From assembly GCF_036321535.1 (NCBI RefSeq), contig NC_087438.1, forward strand, positions 3,598,001-3,662,000: a stretch of DNA of 64,000 nt. Reading direction: 5' to 3'. Below the pieces are notes generated by a model, which did not search any database, had not been told where the DNA came from, and saw only the letters and a list, made by a program, of their open reading frames with translations. Origin of the DNA: Camelus dromedarius (taxonomy: Eukaryota). A program made the position numbers and the translations under genes. Positions 25,904-39,429 of the stretch are shown in pieces; within the stretch, counting starts at the first letter, position 1, and each line of letters begins with the position of its first letter.

Positions 25904-27411
25904 ACCGACACACACAGCTGTAGAGATTAGGCTGACTCAGTTAAAGTGAAATGTCTTGCGAGCATAAGAAAAAATGGTGATATTGTGAGTATAGATTCAT
26001 ATTTGTGTTCAGAACTCATTGCTAAGGAAAAAAGTAACTATAAAGTTACATTTGAAATCATATGGCTAGAAAAGTATATTTATTAGTAAAACACTTATAT
26101 GTTTATAGAATATTGTCTTTCATGTTTTCCATGGAGAGCATATATTCATTATGTGTCTATAGAATGCAGCATATGAATGAATGCATATATCACACATACA
26201 TACGTATTATGGTGTTTATTCTTCTGTAGCTTTTGTCTGTTGACATCTACCCATAGAGACAGATAGATACTAACTGACTTCCTTATGGTGTGATGGTGCC
26301 CGAGGCTCCTTCATCAAGGAGTCCTGTCTCTAAGGGAAGACACAGTCGATGCTGTTACAATGCACGAAGCTCAGGGAGATAGCACACTGAGCGCTTATGA
26401 GCCGTGTACCCTGCCTATGAAGGTATTGATTAAATCCGGTGACTTGCCGGTCACTCGCCGCTGTGCGGAGGAGCAGACGGCTTTGGTGCTGAGCTACAGG
26501 AGGACTGGTCCCCAGGAGGACGGGCCTCTGAGCACAGGAAAGGGACGAGCAGGACACAGGTCCTGCTGCTTTCCCTTAAGCCAGCCCTGTCCGTCCACTC
26601 GCTGTGTCAGCCTGGGAGCAGAAGGCACAGCGCGGTGGGGAGACACAGGACCGTCTATTCCAAATCTGGCCTCCAGCCCCGGCTGCGCCACTGAGTCCAG
26701 GTGCCTCGTCTGGGCAGCGAGTGCGTTAACCAGCAGCCTCCAGCAGTTGTCCAGGGCACTGATCCTCTGAATCCCTCTCCATGTACCTGTCCCCGCGACC
26801 TCCCAGTGAACAAACGGTGTCCCCCCTGACCTCTGACGGCCTGTTGATATCATTCCCTTGGCTGGTCACTTTCCTCTGTTCCTTTCAAACGTTCAGACTC
26901 CAGGGAGGAGGGTTTAGGTAAACCTCCTTCCAAGAGCAGGGCCCCGAAAGTCCCAAAGAAGCTTCTTCCTACAACGCGTTCTCCAGGTCCAGGATACGGG
27001 GCCGTGGAAGTCCGGGGGCAGCCAGTCCTGCCGCTCCCCGGGAAGGAGGCAGCAGAGGGGGCTGGCTGTGCTGGGCGTTTTCCCGTCTTTGGTAGGTTCC
27101 GATCTTTCACTCGATACCATCATTTTCCTCTTTTTCCTAAAAGCCCAGTAAATCTCCCGCTCTCCCGCACCTTGTTCTGGGAGTGGTCTGACTTCTGCCT
27201 GCTCTGTCAGTGCATGTGAACGTCCACCCAGCTGGCTGTGTGCTTTAAGAAGTGCTGGGTTCTGTAGATGCTTTGAAACCGCTCCTTATTTCCTCTGGGT
27301 TGAGCTGTGAGATACGACTGAGAGAGGCAGGAATCCCTTTGTGAATAAACAACCCCCCCGCCTCCCCCCCGACAGTACCTTCAGTTTCACCATCTTGTGT
27401 GAGGATGGAGA

Positions 27412-27570
27412 CCAGGGGTCCTCAGCCTCGGCGCTGCTGACCACTGAGGCTGGACCATCTGTGAGTGAGGGACTGCGCAGTGTGTTATAGGATGTGACAG
27501 CTTCTCTGGGCTCTGCCTCCTAGACACCATAGCTCTCCCTCCCCCCAGGCAGTGTGACAATCAGAACTTC
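27412..27570. mobile_element. Partial MER20, opposite orientation to the 25.7 kb copy
   Basis: caggggtcctcagcctcggcgctgctgac...tgtgacaatcagaa. Confidence 0.6.
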
Positions 27571-27914
27571 AGCAGAGTCACGTCACGGGCCGCCTGGGGC
27601 TCTGTAAGCATGGCTGGCCGATGGCCTCCACTGTCACGGTGAAGAAGGAGCTCCAGACCCTCCTCCCTCCCCAGTGAGGAAGGGAACCTTCTCCCTGTGC
27701 CCTACAAGGATGCGGTCGCTCCCAGGCCGTATTTCTGGAGTCGTCATACTGCTGAGCAGTAAATCATGACTAAAGAAGGTCAGATGGTACAAGAAACTGG
27801 GTCCGACACACACACTTAAGTGCTGTAAGTCATCCTCTCCTCGTGGCAGAAAGAGAAATAATCAGGACTTGTTTTAACTTTGGTATTTATTCATCTAACC
27901 AAAATTTTCTTGTT

Positions 27915-28130
27915 CTTTGTTATTGAAGCATAGTTGATTTACAACATTATGTTAGTTTCAGACGTACAGCAAAGTGATTCAGTTATATATATATTTCCAG
28001 ATTATTTTCTATATTACAAGATGTTGAATATAATTCCTTGTGCTATAGAGTAAATCCTTGCTGCCTTTCTGTTTTACGTGTAGTGATTTGTATCTGTTAG
28101 TCCCATACTCCTAACCCTGTACTCCTAAAT
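27915..28130 (-). mobile_element. L1 3'-end fragment
   Basis: tattgaagcatagttgatttacaac...gtttcagacgtacagcaaagtgattcagtt. Confidence 0.75.
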
Positions 28131-28219
28131 TTTCTATATTTATTCCTTTTGTAAGTTTTAAATGCTTAATGAAACAGAAAAATTCATGCAGATGTTTAAT
28201 ACACACTTATGTGTGGTAT

Positions 28220-28782
28220 AGTGGACACACCCTAAGGTGACCCCTCCCCAGTGATTTATGTCCTATTTAATCACCTCCCCTTGAGTGTGAGTGGGCTTGT
28301 GACTTGCATTTGAGTGACAGAATATGGCAAAGGTGATGCGCTGTCATGTCTATGATTATATGTTACATAAGACCCTGCCTTAGCAGGCTGGAGGAAGAGT
28401 GACCCTCCTTTGCTGACTTTGAAGAAGTGAGCTGCCTTCTCGTGGGACCACCTGCAAGAGGGTCACGTGGCAGGGAACTGCAGGGCAGCCTCTAGGAGCT
28501 GAGAGTGGCCCCCAGCTGCCAGGGGCAACAAGACTTGGACCTCAGTCCTACAGCCTCAAGGCTCTAAATTCTGCCAACAATCTGAAAAAGCCTGGAAGAT
28601 CTTTCCCTACTTGAGCCTCTGATGAGACCACTGCCCTACCTGACACCTGACTGCTGCCTGGTGAGACCCGAAGCAAAGGACCCAGCTGGGCTGTGCCTGG
28701 ACTTCTGACCTGCAGAGAACATGAGGTCACTGGTGTGTGCTGTTTGTGGTGAGTGGTTAACCAGCAATACATGACTAATACA
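28220..28782 (+). mobile_element. MLT1F/E-like MaLR LTR
   Basis: ctccccttgagtgtgag...gaatatggcaaaggtgatg; gcagcctctaggagctgagagtggcccc; ends actaataca. Confidence 0.75.
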
Positions 28783-30640
28783 GGCGGCTCCCTCTCCTTT
28801 GAGAACACATGAGCCAAATACCTCCATTAGAGGTTTACAATCTCCATCAGAGTCTTCATAAAATCCAAGAAAATCCAGGGCAATGTGTAGCTCGTTCAGT
28901 CATCTGCCCATCAGTGCTTACTGCCATTGGAGACATTTGGAATGAATAAATGATCTGAAAAATGAAGCTAATGAAAATCAAAGTCTTCAAATATCAAAGA
29001 ATCAGTCAATACACTATACTTACATGGTACATATAGTACATTATACATATTATAATTACTGTGCAGTAAAAAGCAGGAAGTTGTGATATGTATTTTGGAA
29101 AGGTTTGGCCATCAAAGGAGAAAAGGCGCCAGACTTTTGTCATGATTATCGCTTTCCCAAATGTTTTGGTAAATTAGGAATGTGCTGATCTAAATAGAAA
29201 CAGTGGCCTGGTTTTTTAACATTGGTTCCACCCATAATGTCCCACCTAAATTCTCTCAAGTGGTGACAACAAACTGTACCTAGATCTTCAGGCAAGAGGA
29301 GCCCTCTGTGCCTGATTTGGGGCGTTGACACATTCCAAGGATGCCCCTGAGACCAGCCTGCCCCAGGGCTAAAGCCTCTGGGTGGCGGTGGACACGTCCT
29401 CACGGCTGCCAAGTCTGCGCTGCCTCTCAGCTGTCCAAATGTTGTCCCCCACCCTGATCCAGCTGCTCCAACTGTCCCTACGTCTTCCTCCACTGCCCTA
29501 TAAGCCAGTGACTGGTGACTCATGTGGTCTCCAGTTCTGGCCCAAGCCTGGCCGCACCACTGTTTTGTGTCTCTGTGGCTTGCAGTGCTTGGGAGGAGGC
29601 TCAGAACTACTCACTGTCAGAAGGAGAAATGTACTCGGGGAGGGGGCCTGTCACACCTGGAAAGACGAGGGCTGCATCCCCTCGCAGAGGTGCATCATCG
29701 GGGCGGGTGGCTAACCCCGCCAGGGCTGCCTGCAGTGTTAATGAAAGATGCTCCCAGTGAAGACTGCAAACCACGTGCTCAGTGAAGACTGTAAAATGCA
29801 GACTGTCCCTGCAGGGACGGGGAGCTGCTCTCCGATTGTGTGGAAGAGGACACAGGCCCTTGGGCAGCACCACGTGGAGACCATATTCTGGAAACCTGCT
29901 TTGGGAGAATGTCTTTTTAAAATTAAATATTCTAAGTAATCAGGACAAAATAGTTTAGCCTGGAATAATTTAGATCTTCAGGAAATCAGTCAAAATTTTC
30001 CAAAATGAAGGAAAAAGGTATAAGATCAAAGTCAGATTCTATAGAAATGTATACAAGGTTTGGTAGAGAATTTTCTAAAGAAAGTAGAACATTTTGACAG
30101 AAAAAATATAACAATAAAATCCCAGGATTCCATGCATCCTCAGATATCATTTATACATATTATCACATTTGAGAAACCAGGTGTTACATAGAAGAAGGCA
30201 TAAAGCACAGAAAATTTAAGCTGAACCACTGGGACTGACCCAGCAGAATCTTGCAAATGGCGACTGTCTTCATACTGATGGTCAGTCAAGGCTGAGATCC
30301 CCACTGAGCTAACACCCTGAGACCCTCGCTGGTGTGGGGGGGCAGAAGATGTCCACTGCCTTCAAGGCTGACTTCCACAAGCCAGCTCACTACAGCTGCA
30401 TCCCCTATGCAGCCCCTAAATGTCTGAACATGCAAATTAAACTGTATTTAAGATGCACTGGGTGTCGGTCTCTAATGTGTGTGGAAACCCTGTGGTGAGC
30501 TCATCGCAGTGTTAAGCTGGCTTCCCCTCGGCCACCTCGCTCTCTCCTCCTCTCTTTTTAAATGTGGGTTTTCATGGAGCCCATCCAGCAGACCAATGAG
30601 AGCAGGAAATGGGTAAGTTTCCTTTTACTAATTTTAGGGC

Positions 30641-31023
30641 TTTGATGGTTAACCTTATGTATCAGCTTGGCCAGACCACGGTGCCCAGCGGTTTGGTCAG
30701 GCACTAGTCTAGATGTTGCTCTGAAGACTTTTTTGACGGATTCATATTTACAATTGGTTGGAGGACTGAAGAGCAAAGACCGTTTTTGTGCAAGAAGGGA
30801 TTTTGCATCAAGATAGTGAGAGAGAAACCCTTCCTGAATTGCCAGCCTGCTGCTCTGTGGAATTTGAACTCAAGACACAACATCAACTCTTCCCTGAATT
30901 CCCAGCCTGCCTGTCCACCCTGGAAATTTCAAGCTTACCAGCCCCTATCGTAATGTACGTTAATTCCTTAAAATCTCTCTCTATGCTGTTGGTTCTGTTT
31001 TTTGGAGAACCCTGACTAATAGA
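30641..31023 (+). mobile_element. MLT2-like ERVL LTR
   Basis: tgatggttaaccttatgtatcagcttggc start; ggttctgtt...ggagaaccctgactaata end. Confidence 0.8.
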
Positions 31024-31645
31024 GGGACTGCAGGTAGGACAGGTGAGTGCTGCCATTTCTCCACCATCAGCAGCTACGCGCCCGGATCTGGCTGCTTCCT
31101 GTCCTCACATCTTCTGGCCCCTTCCATTCGGTAGAAACCCAGGTCATGTCTTCCATCTTTGGGTTACATATCCCGGGAAAATGAATTATGTAAGACTAAT
31201 ACATAATGAAGGAGATCATTCTATTGTCATGAACATGATGTCATTAATTTCAAAGCCAAATAAAAAATATCTGGGGCTTTTTACTGTTTGGAATGATCTG
31301 TCCGATGGCTTCCTTTCACCAACAAAGCGTTTCCAGGGCTGAATACCCTGCACGTCCACAGTAGAGAGAGCTGTGTATCACGCACTGACCTGATGGCCAA
31401 CAAATAATGGGCACGATGCGGGCCTCTGAGCCCCAGACAGAGCAGGAATAGACAGGCAGCTGTGTAGGTAAAGATCACACCCAGAATTAGGAAGAACAAT
31501 AATAGACTTAACAAATAATTGTCAGTATTTACTGATCGCTTGTTACGTGTCTGACACTGATCTACATGCTTCACAGAAAACCTTTGTTAAGAACCCTAGG
31601 GGATAGAGTTTGTTTCTATATGTACTTTAAAGGTGAGAAAACTGA

Positions 31646-32118
31646 CCTGGTTGGTTTCCTGTTGCTGCTGTGACAAATTATCTCAAACTTGGTGGCTTTA
31701 AGCAGCATACGTTTACTCCCTTACAGTTCTGGAGGTCAGGAGTCCACAGTCAGTTTCATTTGGGCTAAAATCAAGGTCAGGGCAGGACTGGTTCCTTCTG
31801 GAGGCTCCAAGAGGAGAATCTGTCCTCTTGCATTTTCTGCTTCCACGTCCACCTGCATTCCTTGTCCCGTGGCCCCTTCCTCCGTCTAAGTGCGTCACCC
31901 CAAGCTCTGCCTCTGTCTTCACATGGACTTCTCCTCTCTAGCAAAACTCCCTCTTACAAGGACACCCACGACCACATTTAGGGCCTTCCTGGATGATCAA
32001 AGAAAACCGTCCCACCTCAAGCTCTTTAACCTAATCACATCTGCAAAGTCCCTCTTGCCACACAGAGTAACAGGGAAGGGAGGTGGACAACTCTCAGAGC
32101 CATTACTCAGCCCACCAT
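31646..32118 (-). mobile_element. MLT1C/D-like MaLR LTR
   Basis: tttcctgttgctgctgtgacaaattatctcaaacttggtggctt...cagttctggaggtcagga...aatcacatctgcaaagtccct. Confidence 0.78.
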
Positions 32119-33224
32119 GCCGAGATGACACTGACAGCCCACGTGCTCGGGCAGGATGACGGTGCCGGTAAGTTGTGGAGTCTGGACACAGTCAACGGTC
32201 CTCTTGATGGTCCTCAGAGACACACATATTCAACCAGAGCACAGAGCAGTGAGGCGACTGAAAGGAGCTGGTCATGGAGGCATCTATGCTGCTGAATGCT
32301 GGCTCCCTGAGAATCCCACCCATGTGGGCTGCTGACAGAGCAAAGTGGAGGTTTTTGTTCGCCAGCGTACAGGGGAGCGCTACCTTGCTAGTCTTAGGTT
32401 TGTCTTGCAGAGGGTGGGACAAAGCTGGGACATTTGTGAGGTTTCTGGTATCTGGTTTAAGGCTGGTCTTTTAATGAGGAGCAGCGTGGGACAGGGATTA
32501 AGCTCCGGATACAGTAGTTTGGGAGAGGGGTGCATGTGTGTGACTGAATCACTCTGCTGGACACCTGGAAGTCTTGATGGTGTACAGTCATCCAACGTTA
32601 TCTATTGCAAACTGAGTAGCCTAATGTCCGTTTAAATTAATATGAGGACGTTCCTGAAATTAGCAGTAAAGTTATTTGCAAGTTTTATCTTCCTGGGCAA
32701 GAGTTACCTGGAGAGGTGATGCCAGGTTGATTTAGACAGTGAAATGGTCAACTGATGCTAACGTAGACAGTTATGTGGCTATGGACACTTGAGTCCTAAA
32801 AACTCAGCCACCAAAAATTCCTAAATGAATCAGATTCAAGCAGAACATGCCTCTAGGAAGCCCTCACTTGACAGAAAACCCAGAAGGCATTCCTAGAAAT
32901 TTAGAGAGTCAAACCAGTGGTGAAGGCGGGACTTGTAACCTGGGTAATTTGCAAGGAGGCAGCTGTCAGAGCAGAACATTTTCTCTGCATGACTTCCAAA
33001 ACCCACACCCTGAATGACATCCAAGGGTGTGTTCAAATGACAGAAAATGTGGAAATGGAGACGAGAAGGGGGAAGGATTCCTTAAGTGACAGCTGCATGT
33101 GTTGCAAGTGATGAGCCGCACTAACCCAGCCGTGTGAGCTGCCTTTCTGCTCCGAGGAGTGGGCGGGCCAGTGCCCAGCAGCGGGGTGAATTCCAGATGC
33201 CGGCAAAGTGCGAGCCTTTTGTCG

Positions 33225-33645
33225 TATTTATTTTGATTGAAGGGTAGTTGATTTATAATGTTAGCTTCAGACGTACAGCAAAGTGAACCAGCTCTACATA
33301 CACACACATATATGTAATTTCTTCTCAGATTATTTTCCATTATATGTCATTAAAAGAAACTGAATAGAGTTCCCTGTGCTCTACAGTAGGTCCTTGTTGT
33401 TTATCTACTTTATATATAGTGATGTGAGTCTGTTAATCCCCAACCCCTAATTTATCCCTCCCTCCTTTCCCTTTTGGTGACCACAGTTTGTTTTCTAGGT
33501 CCGTGAGTCTGGTTTTGGTTTGTAAATAGAATTGGTATAATTTTTTCTAGATTCTGCATGTATGTGACATCATACGATATTCGTCTTTCTCTTCTGACTT
33601 ACTTCACTCAGTATGATCATCTCTAGGTCCATCCATGTTGTTGCA
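33225..33645 (-). mobile_element. L1 3'-end fragment
   Basis: tagttgatttataatgttagcttcagacgtacagcaaagtga ... ctgacttacttcactcagtatgatcatctctaggtccatccatgttgttgcaaa. Confidence 0.85.
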
Positions 33646-35111
33646 AAAACAAGGAGTAACCATATAACCAGCTCCCGCCAGCAGCGCACCTGTGGCAAAG
33701 GAGCGGAGAGAAATTAACAAGTGCTGAATTTAAGAACGTGTTGTGTCTGTTAGTTTAAGATCTGCCACTTGCTAAGCACCTGCTTGTTGGTCAGGTGTTA
33801 CATACGCAACTCATTCAACAAAGGGAAGTCTTGCTGCCCCATCTTACAGATGTGTGAAGAAAGACCCCCTAAAAGGTCCAGGGCCCCACCGAGGCTTCAC
33901 AGGGCGTGGCTGTGTCCTAAGGCGGTGAGGCTCTGCATGGTCCCACACTGCCCCCTGGCATTTCTAGAAAGCTGCCGCTGTGGTGGCTGCTGTCCTCTGC
34001 GGGGTTTGCACAGTAAGTATGCAGAGTGTGTGTACATGTTCCTACACAACTTGACATCACCCTCACAGTACTGTGTGCGTTTCAGTGTCTATCTTTTGGA
34101 AAAGAGCAGAAATCCACCCGAGAAAGCTGTCTTCCTTGGAAGCCCAGCTTATTAAACAAAACCCTTCCCTTCCCTGACTTTCCACAGAGTACGGTGTCCT
34201 TGGGGCACAAACTCCTCTTTTGGAACTTGAAGACCCCACAACCCACCTCTAATTCAGTCTTTCCTCACTTCTCCCTGCACAGCCTTCCCTCCAGCCACAC
34301 ACTGTCGCTCATCTCTCCTCAGTAAGCCAGAACTTCCATGCCCAGTGACTTTGCCAAAGCTGTGTCCTCCCCTGGGAATGCCCTGGCCCCACTGACTCTG
34401 TTCATGGCAAAATCCTTCCTTAGTGTCCAGCTTGGAACTCCAAACTCACGTCCTTTGCGAAAGTCCCTGAAGAGCCAGTAACAATCTTGCCTGTGTCCCT
34501 GCCGTACCTCCCTGCTCCTCCAGGGCAGAGCATCAGCCGGGGAGGTGCTCACCTGTCCAGGAAGTGCACCTGCGCCATCTCTGCACCCCAGAGCAGTGCC
34601 CAGCCTGGAGCAGACACTCAGTTCATGCTCGGTCCATGAGCAGCAGTGGGGCAAACATGCTGCTTTCTAACCTGAATCTTCATTTTTCTGGGGAGATGTT
34701 TGGATGAAGAAATCATGCATTCTACTCTGTAACAAATGGGAGTTTCATCAAACTTAGCGTGAAAAAGAGGAATTTCCCTCAAAAAGAATAGGAGAGACTT
34801 TGGGATAAGGGAATTGAAAGCATATTCTCTGACAGCAGCAAGGTTATTTTTTGTTTTGTTTTGTTTGTTTGTTTGTTTGTTTTTGCCTTTTTTTTTTTCG
34901 GCCAAATTAGTACCACTTGGTTCAAAGACAATAGATCATATTTATCAAGTCTAACATTTATCAGATTCCTTTTACTTTTCTCTCTCATACTTCAGATCTA
35001 TCACGTAAACACAGTTCATAAAGAAAACCCCACTGTCCTCTTCACGTTGCTATTTACAGATGGGAAACAGGGTGCTTTACAAACAAATAACAGTGTGCTC
35101 CTAATGAAATC

Positions 35112-35553
35112 TAGTCCTTCCCCGGTATCCAAGGGGGGCTGGTTCCAGGACCACCCCAGATTACCGAAATCTGTGGCTGCTCAAGTCCCTGACGTAAAGC
35201 GGTGCGGTGCTTGTATATAACCTACAGACATCTTCCGGCACACTTTTTTTTAAAATTTATTTTTTAATATTTTTTTTTATTCAAGCATAGTCAGTTCACA
35301 ACGTTGTATACTTTAAATCATCTCTAGCTATACCAACTAATACAATGTAAATGCTATGTAAATGATTGTAAGTACAATGTCAATCCTATGTAAATAGTTA
35401 TAAATACAATGTAAATTCTATGTAAATAGTGGCCAGTGAGTGGCCAATTCAAGTTTTGCTTTTTGGAAACTTCTGGAATTTTTTTTCAAATATTTCCGAT
35501 TCATGATGGGTTGAATTCACGGATGTGGAGCCCATGGATAAGGGGGCTGGCTG
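35112..35553. mobile_element. MER2/Tigger-like DNA transposon carrying a tiny L1 insertion
   Basis: Degenerate TIRs agtccttccccggtatcca ... tggataagggggctggctg; body ctgctcaagtccct, aatacaatgtaaatgctatgtaaat. Confidence 0.78.
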
Positions 35554-35699
35554 TCTGAACAAGTCGCCACTATTTTGATGAGTACGTCTTCTCTGCCTGA
35601 GTCAGATTCCAGCCTTTGACTCTAAGGCAGGAGGGGTCTGATTCTAATCACAGGTCTAGGGGTAGGAATGCGGAGGTAGGAATGGGCGTGGGAGGAACC

Positions 35700-36150
35700 A
35701 GGATTCCTTTCCAGGAAACTGTGTCAGACGTGGATGAGAGTGACCTCCTCAGACAGAGAAGGAGCAAGTTCAGTTAGCGAGGGACTCTCTGCTTCCCACT
35801 CTCAGCCACACAAGCCCTGCCTTTCATATTTTGTGAAGGAGACCTGGCGAAGCTTTGACTTCCGCTTGCGTGGCAGCTCAGCGGCCTGTGTGGTTGGAGC
35901 CCTGCGATAATTCTGGCCACGGCAGCCTGCAGCTATTAGAGAGAAGCAATGCGTGTCGGATTTCGGAGCTCCCTGTCTGACCGTGCCTTAAGCTGACAGT
36001 GTAAGCCCTGGAGCTTGGCGTTTTCTTTCTTCGAAATCTTTAGTTTGGCCATAAGCAGCCAGCCCACCCACCCTGCTTGCGTTTCCCATTCTTGCCACGA
36101 CGGTGCAGCAGCTGGTCGGTCCACAAACGCCTTGCCTTCAACAGGCTCTT
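35700..36150 (-). mobile_element. ERVL/MaLR internal gag relic (disrupted)
   Basis: Minus-strand peptides GWVGWLLMAKLKISKKENAKLQGLHCQLKA and AELPRKRKSKLRQVSFTK resemble ERV-L gag N-terminal motifs. Confidence 0.65.
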
Positions 36151-39139
36151 TATTTCTGGAGACTTCCGGTGACCATTTAAATAGCTTTTTCCCTACTGTG
36201 TGCCATGGGCGTCCAGTGTCTCGTTTTCTAAGGGTGATTTAATTCTTACTGCCCTCACATTCAATCAAGACAGACAGGTCATCTCAAGGTCTCAATCCTT
36301 GCGGGTCTGTTGCCCACAACTACTTCTGTTGTCAGACTCCAAAAGAGTAAGCATTAAACTGCAAGAAGTAAAAACCACTCCAACCATTTTAAATATAAAG
36401 GGATTTAAAACAAAGTGTCCATAGAATTGTTGGACACTGAGCTGGAAAAGCGGCTCCAGGCAGGGCCTCCAGGGATGGCCCAGTGCACTGCAGGCCAAAA
36501 CAGATCAGGAGTGGCTACCTGGGCCAAGCTGGGGAGACGCGTGGTCAGCCTGGTGTCTTAGGGACCTTCCTCCCTAGCCGTGCAGAGATGCTGCGGCCAC
36601 TGCTGCTGCACAGGGCTCTTAACAGCTAAAAACAGCGATCGCATACTGGGATCCTGCTGGAGAAAAAGAAAAACAGACCTTACACAGTCGCAGCAGCAGA
36701 AGCATGACCTCTCCCTTGCTTCTTTCTTCCAAAACCTTTGTGAGTGCATCTCGCGGGCAGAGGCTAGTTCGCATCCATCAGTCCAGCTGCACAGACACAC
36801 GGCACAGCCGTGTTAGCTTTCTACACCCTCTGCTCTGCAGAAGACACACCAGAGAGACGATGAAAGGGTGTCACTGACCGTCACCTCTTTCTGCCACATT
36901 AAGTCATGTTTAAACAACAGCATAGTATCTACTTTAATTTTATGCAATTTGTTCCCTTGGATGTGATTTGAGTTTATTTACCACATGTATCATTTTTCTT
37001 TCACATAGAAAGATTTGAAAATTCAGTACTTTTACTGGAGAAGTTTGTTATTTTCTTCTCTATTATTCTGTCTACCATTTGATTTAACTGTCAGTATTTA
37101 AAGTTTTGGTGTCCTGATTTATAGCTACTTAATCTGAGTAACTAATCACTGTTGGGCAGTTAACTAAACCAGTGCTAAGCAAGAAGTTTTGCTCATTCTT
37201 GTAAAATAACTGCTTGTACAGGGCCAAGCCCTTGGTTTTTACGTGATATTCATAAAAGGCACTTTAAATAATTATCCAGGTATAACTCAGTTTCCTAATG
37301 ATATCTGACCATTAGGCTTTTTTCAAGGCTCCCCTCTTTTTCTTGTATGGTTTCAGCGACAAACACTCTTAGCTCTTAACTCTGGTTACTTGACTCAGAA
37401 GCGAGCTCTTGGGGACGAGGTGTGGTGAGCTTGAACCCCTCATCCCAGCACAGCGCACAGGGCGTGCTGCGGAGGAGGATGGTGACCCATGAAATGTGTC
37501 CAATGAATGAACAATGGGAAAAGAAACTGCTTTCATAATCATCCTCCCAAATCTGCTTTCCTTTTACTGAATTCTCTGCTACAGCTGGTCACCTTAGGAA
37601 TAAAGGGACCTACCCCTGCCCCACCCATCGGGGCTGCACCTCTGTACTTTCCAGAAAGTGGAAACCACAGCGGGCAGGGTAGTCGCTGACAGATCCCCCT
37701 GGAATTGCCACTTGTGCCAGAGGGATGCATGCCCAGCATCCAATCTCCTACCTTAAGCAGAAGCTCCTGGTTCCATTTCGGCTTCTGGCTCCACCCATAT
37801 GCCATGGGGTGGGGGCTGCCAGCAGGGCACGTGACCCAGACCTAAGCTTCTCCCAGCCACAGAGCCTGGTTTGGGTGTGAGCATCTGACCCAAGAGAGCC
37901 AGACCTCTGTTTGCTAGGAGCAGGAGCAGATACCCTCTCTTCTAGTGGATGAGGACCTGGAGGAGCCATCCCGCCACGTGGCTGTGCAGAGAGGGCCTGT
38001 CTGATGGCTGAAACAGTGGCAAGGTCAGATCTGCCCACCCTCGGATCAGACCAGTTATCGTGAGCCACTCTATTCCTTTGAAAGTCAAATGAGGGTACAT
38101 TTCCTGTTTCCTACAACTGAGTCATTTCGAAGTGCTGTAGCTCACCAGCTCTAGCAGAGCCTTGAATAATTCTGCCTACTTGAAAGTTTGCATGATTGTT
38201 TATATTTCTGCAAAGGAAAAGGAAGCATTCTTATCATTCCCCCTTTCCCTTTCCTTCCACATAAACTTCAGGTTTCCTAGTTCGAACAAGGATGGACTTA
38301 ACAGCTGCAATTCCCATTTCCAGAGATCGATGGGATGTGTCCTGTCTTCACAACAGCCCTTCTCAGACCTTACTTCTGAATATTCAAAGAGATTCCAACC
38401 TATGCTTAAAGAGTTATTTAATTTTTTTTTCTTCAACAACCATAAAATTCCTTACTGGATAGAAAAACTCCTCTTTTTAATAGAAATTCAAAATACAACC
38501 ACCAATTCAACAGGACATCTTCAAGAGGCATGTAGGGTTCATACTTTCTTATTTTTTAACAAACAACATTAAGCTAAGATACATATTTTTTCACTCTAGT
38601 GTAACTTAAATGATTGTCTTCAAGGCCTGGACTTCCACCACATACCTGGAACATATTGTTCAAGTTTATTACCATTTTTTCTTCATGTCAGGGATTGAGG
38701 ATGAGGCCAAAAGAAAATTTCTGACCAAAGACGTTTGGTATCATTTTATCTAAAATTCAAACAATTGCTAGACACTTATTCTAAACGAAAGACTTTTTTT
38801 TTTTTAATTTCCTTGGAAATCATTTGCTGCGTGGATAAATTACAGAATGTTCTATATTCTCATGATGTTAGAATAAAACCATCCCAATTCACAATCTGAA
38901 CCTCCAATTTCAGAAATAAGGAAGTTTTGAGAATCATGACTTCTTAAGGCCAGTAAGAAGCTCAAAACCTTACTTTTCAAAAACTTTTTGTCATTCTGGG
39001 GCCCAGATAATTTTATTGTGTGATCTTTCCTCGTGAAATCCATAAACACTTCTTTTAAGTTACGTACGTCTTTGAAGCCACACATCCTTGATTTCCTGTC
39101 CAAAGTTGACGCTTCTTTCCCAGTTCAGGAGGTGACAGC

Positions 39140-39420
39140 CAGTCTCCTAGTGTATTTCCATGCGACAGCCAGAATGAAAAGTTTTTCATGTGAATCAGAT
39201 CAGCCCACCCCATTTCTTAAAAGCGTTAATGGCTTAAAATCCAAACATTTCTACCCTGGCTTATAAGACCTGTATGATCTGACCCGTGCCCACCTCCTCA
39301 GCTCAGCGAATACCACCCCGGCTTGCTCATTACACTCCAGACACCCTGGGCTGATTGCTGCTGCTTTAACATGTGAAGTTTACTCCTAACTTGGAGACTT
39401 TCTATTATCATCCTACTGCC
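39140..39420 (+). mobile_element. L2 fragment
   Basis: acagccagaatga...aatcagatca; aagacctgtatgatctgaccc...ttgctcattacactccagacac. Confidence 0.6.
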
Positions 39421-39429
39421 TGCCATTCT

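Noticed and set aside
29755..29796. Direct repeat cagtgaagactg flanking a CACGTG, and other short tandem duplications (8205-8233, 43112-43132)
   Set aside because: Two-copy local slippage duplications; not CRISPR-like, no array and no associated genes
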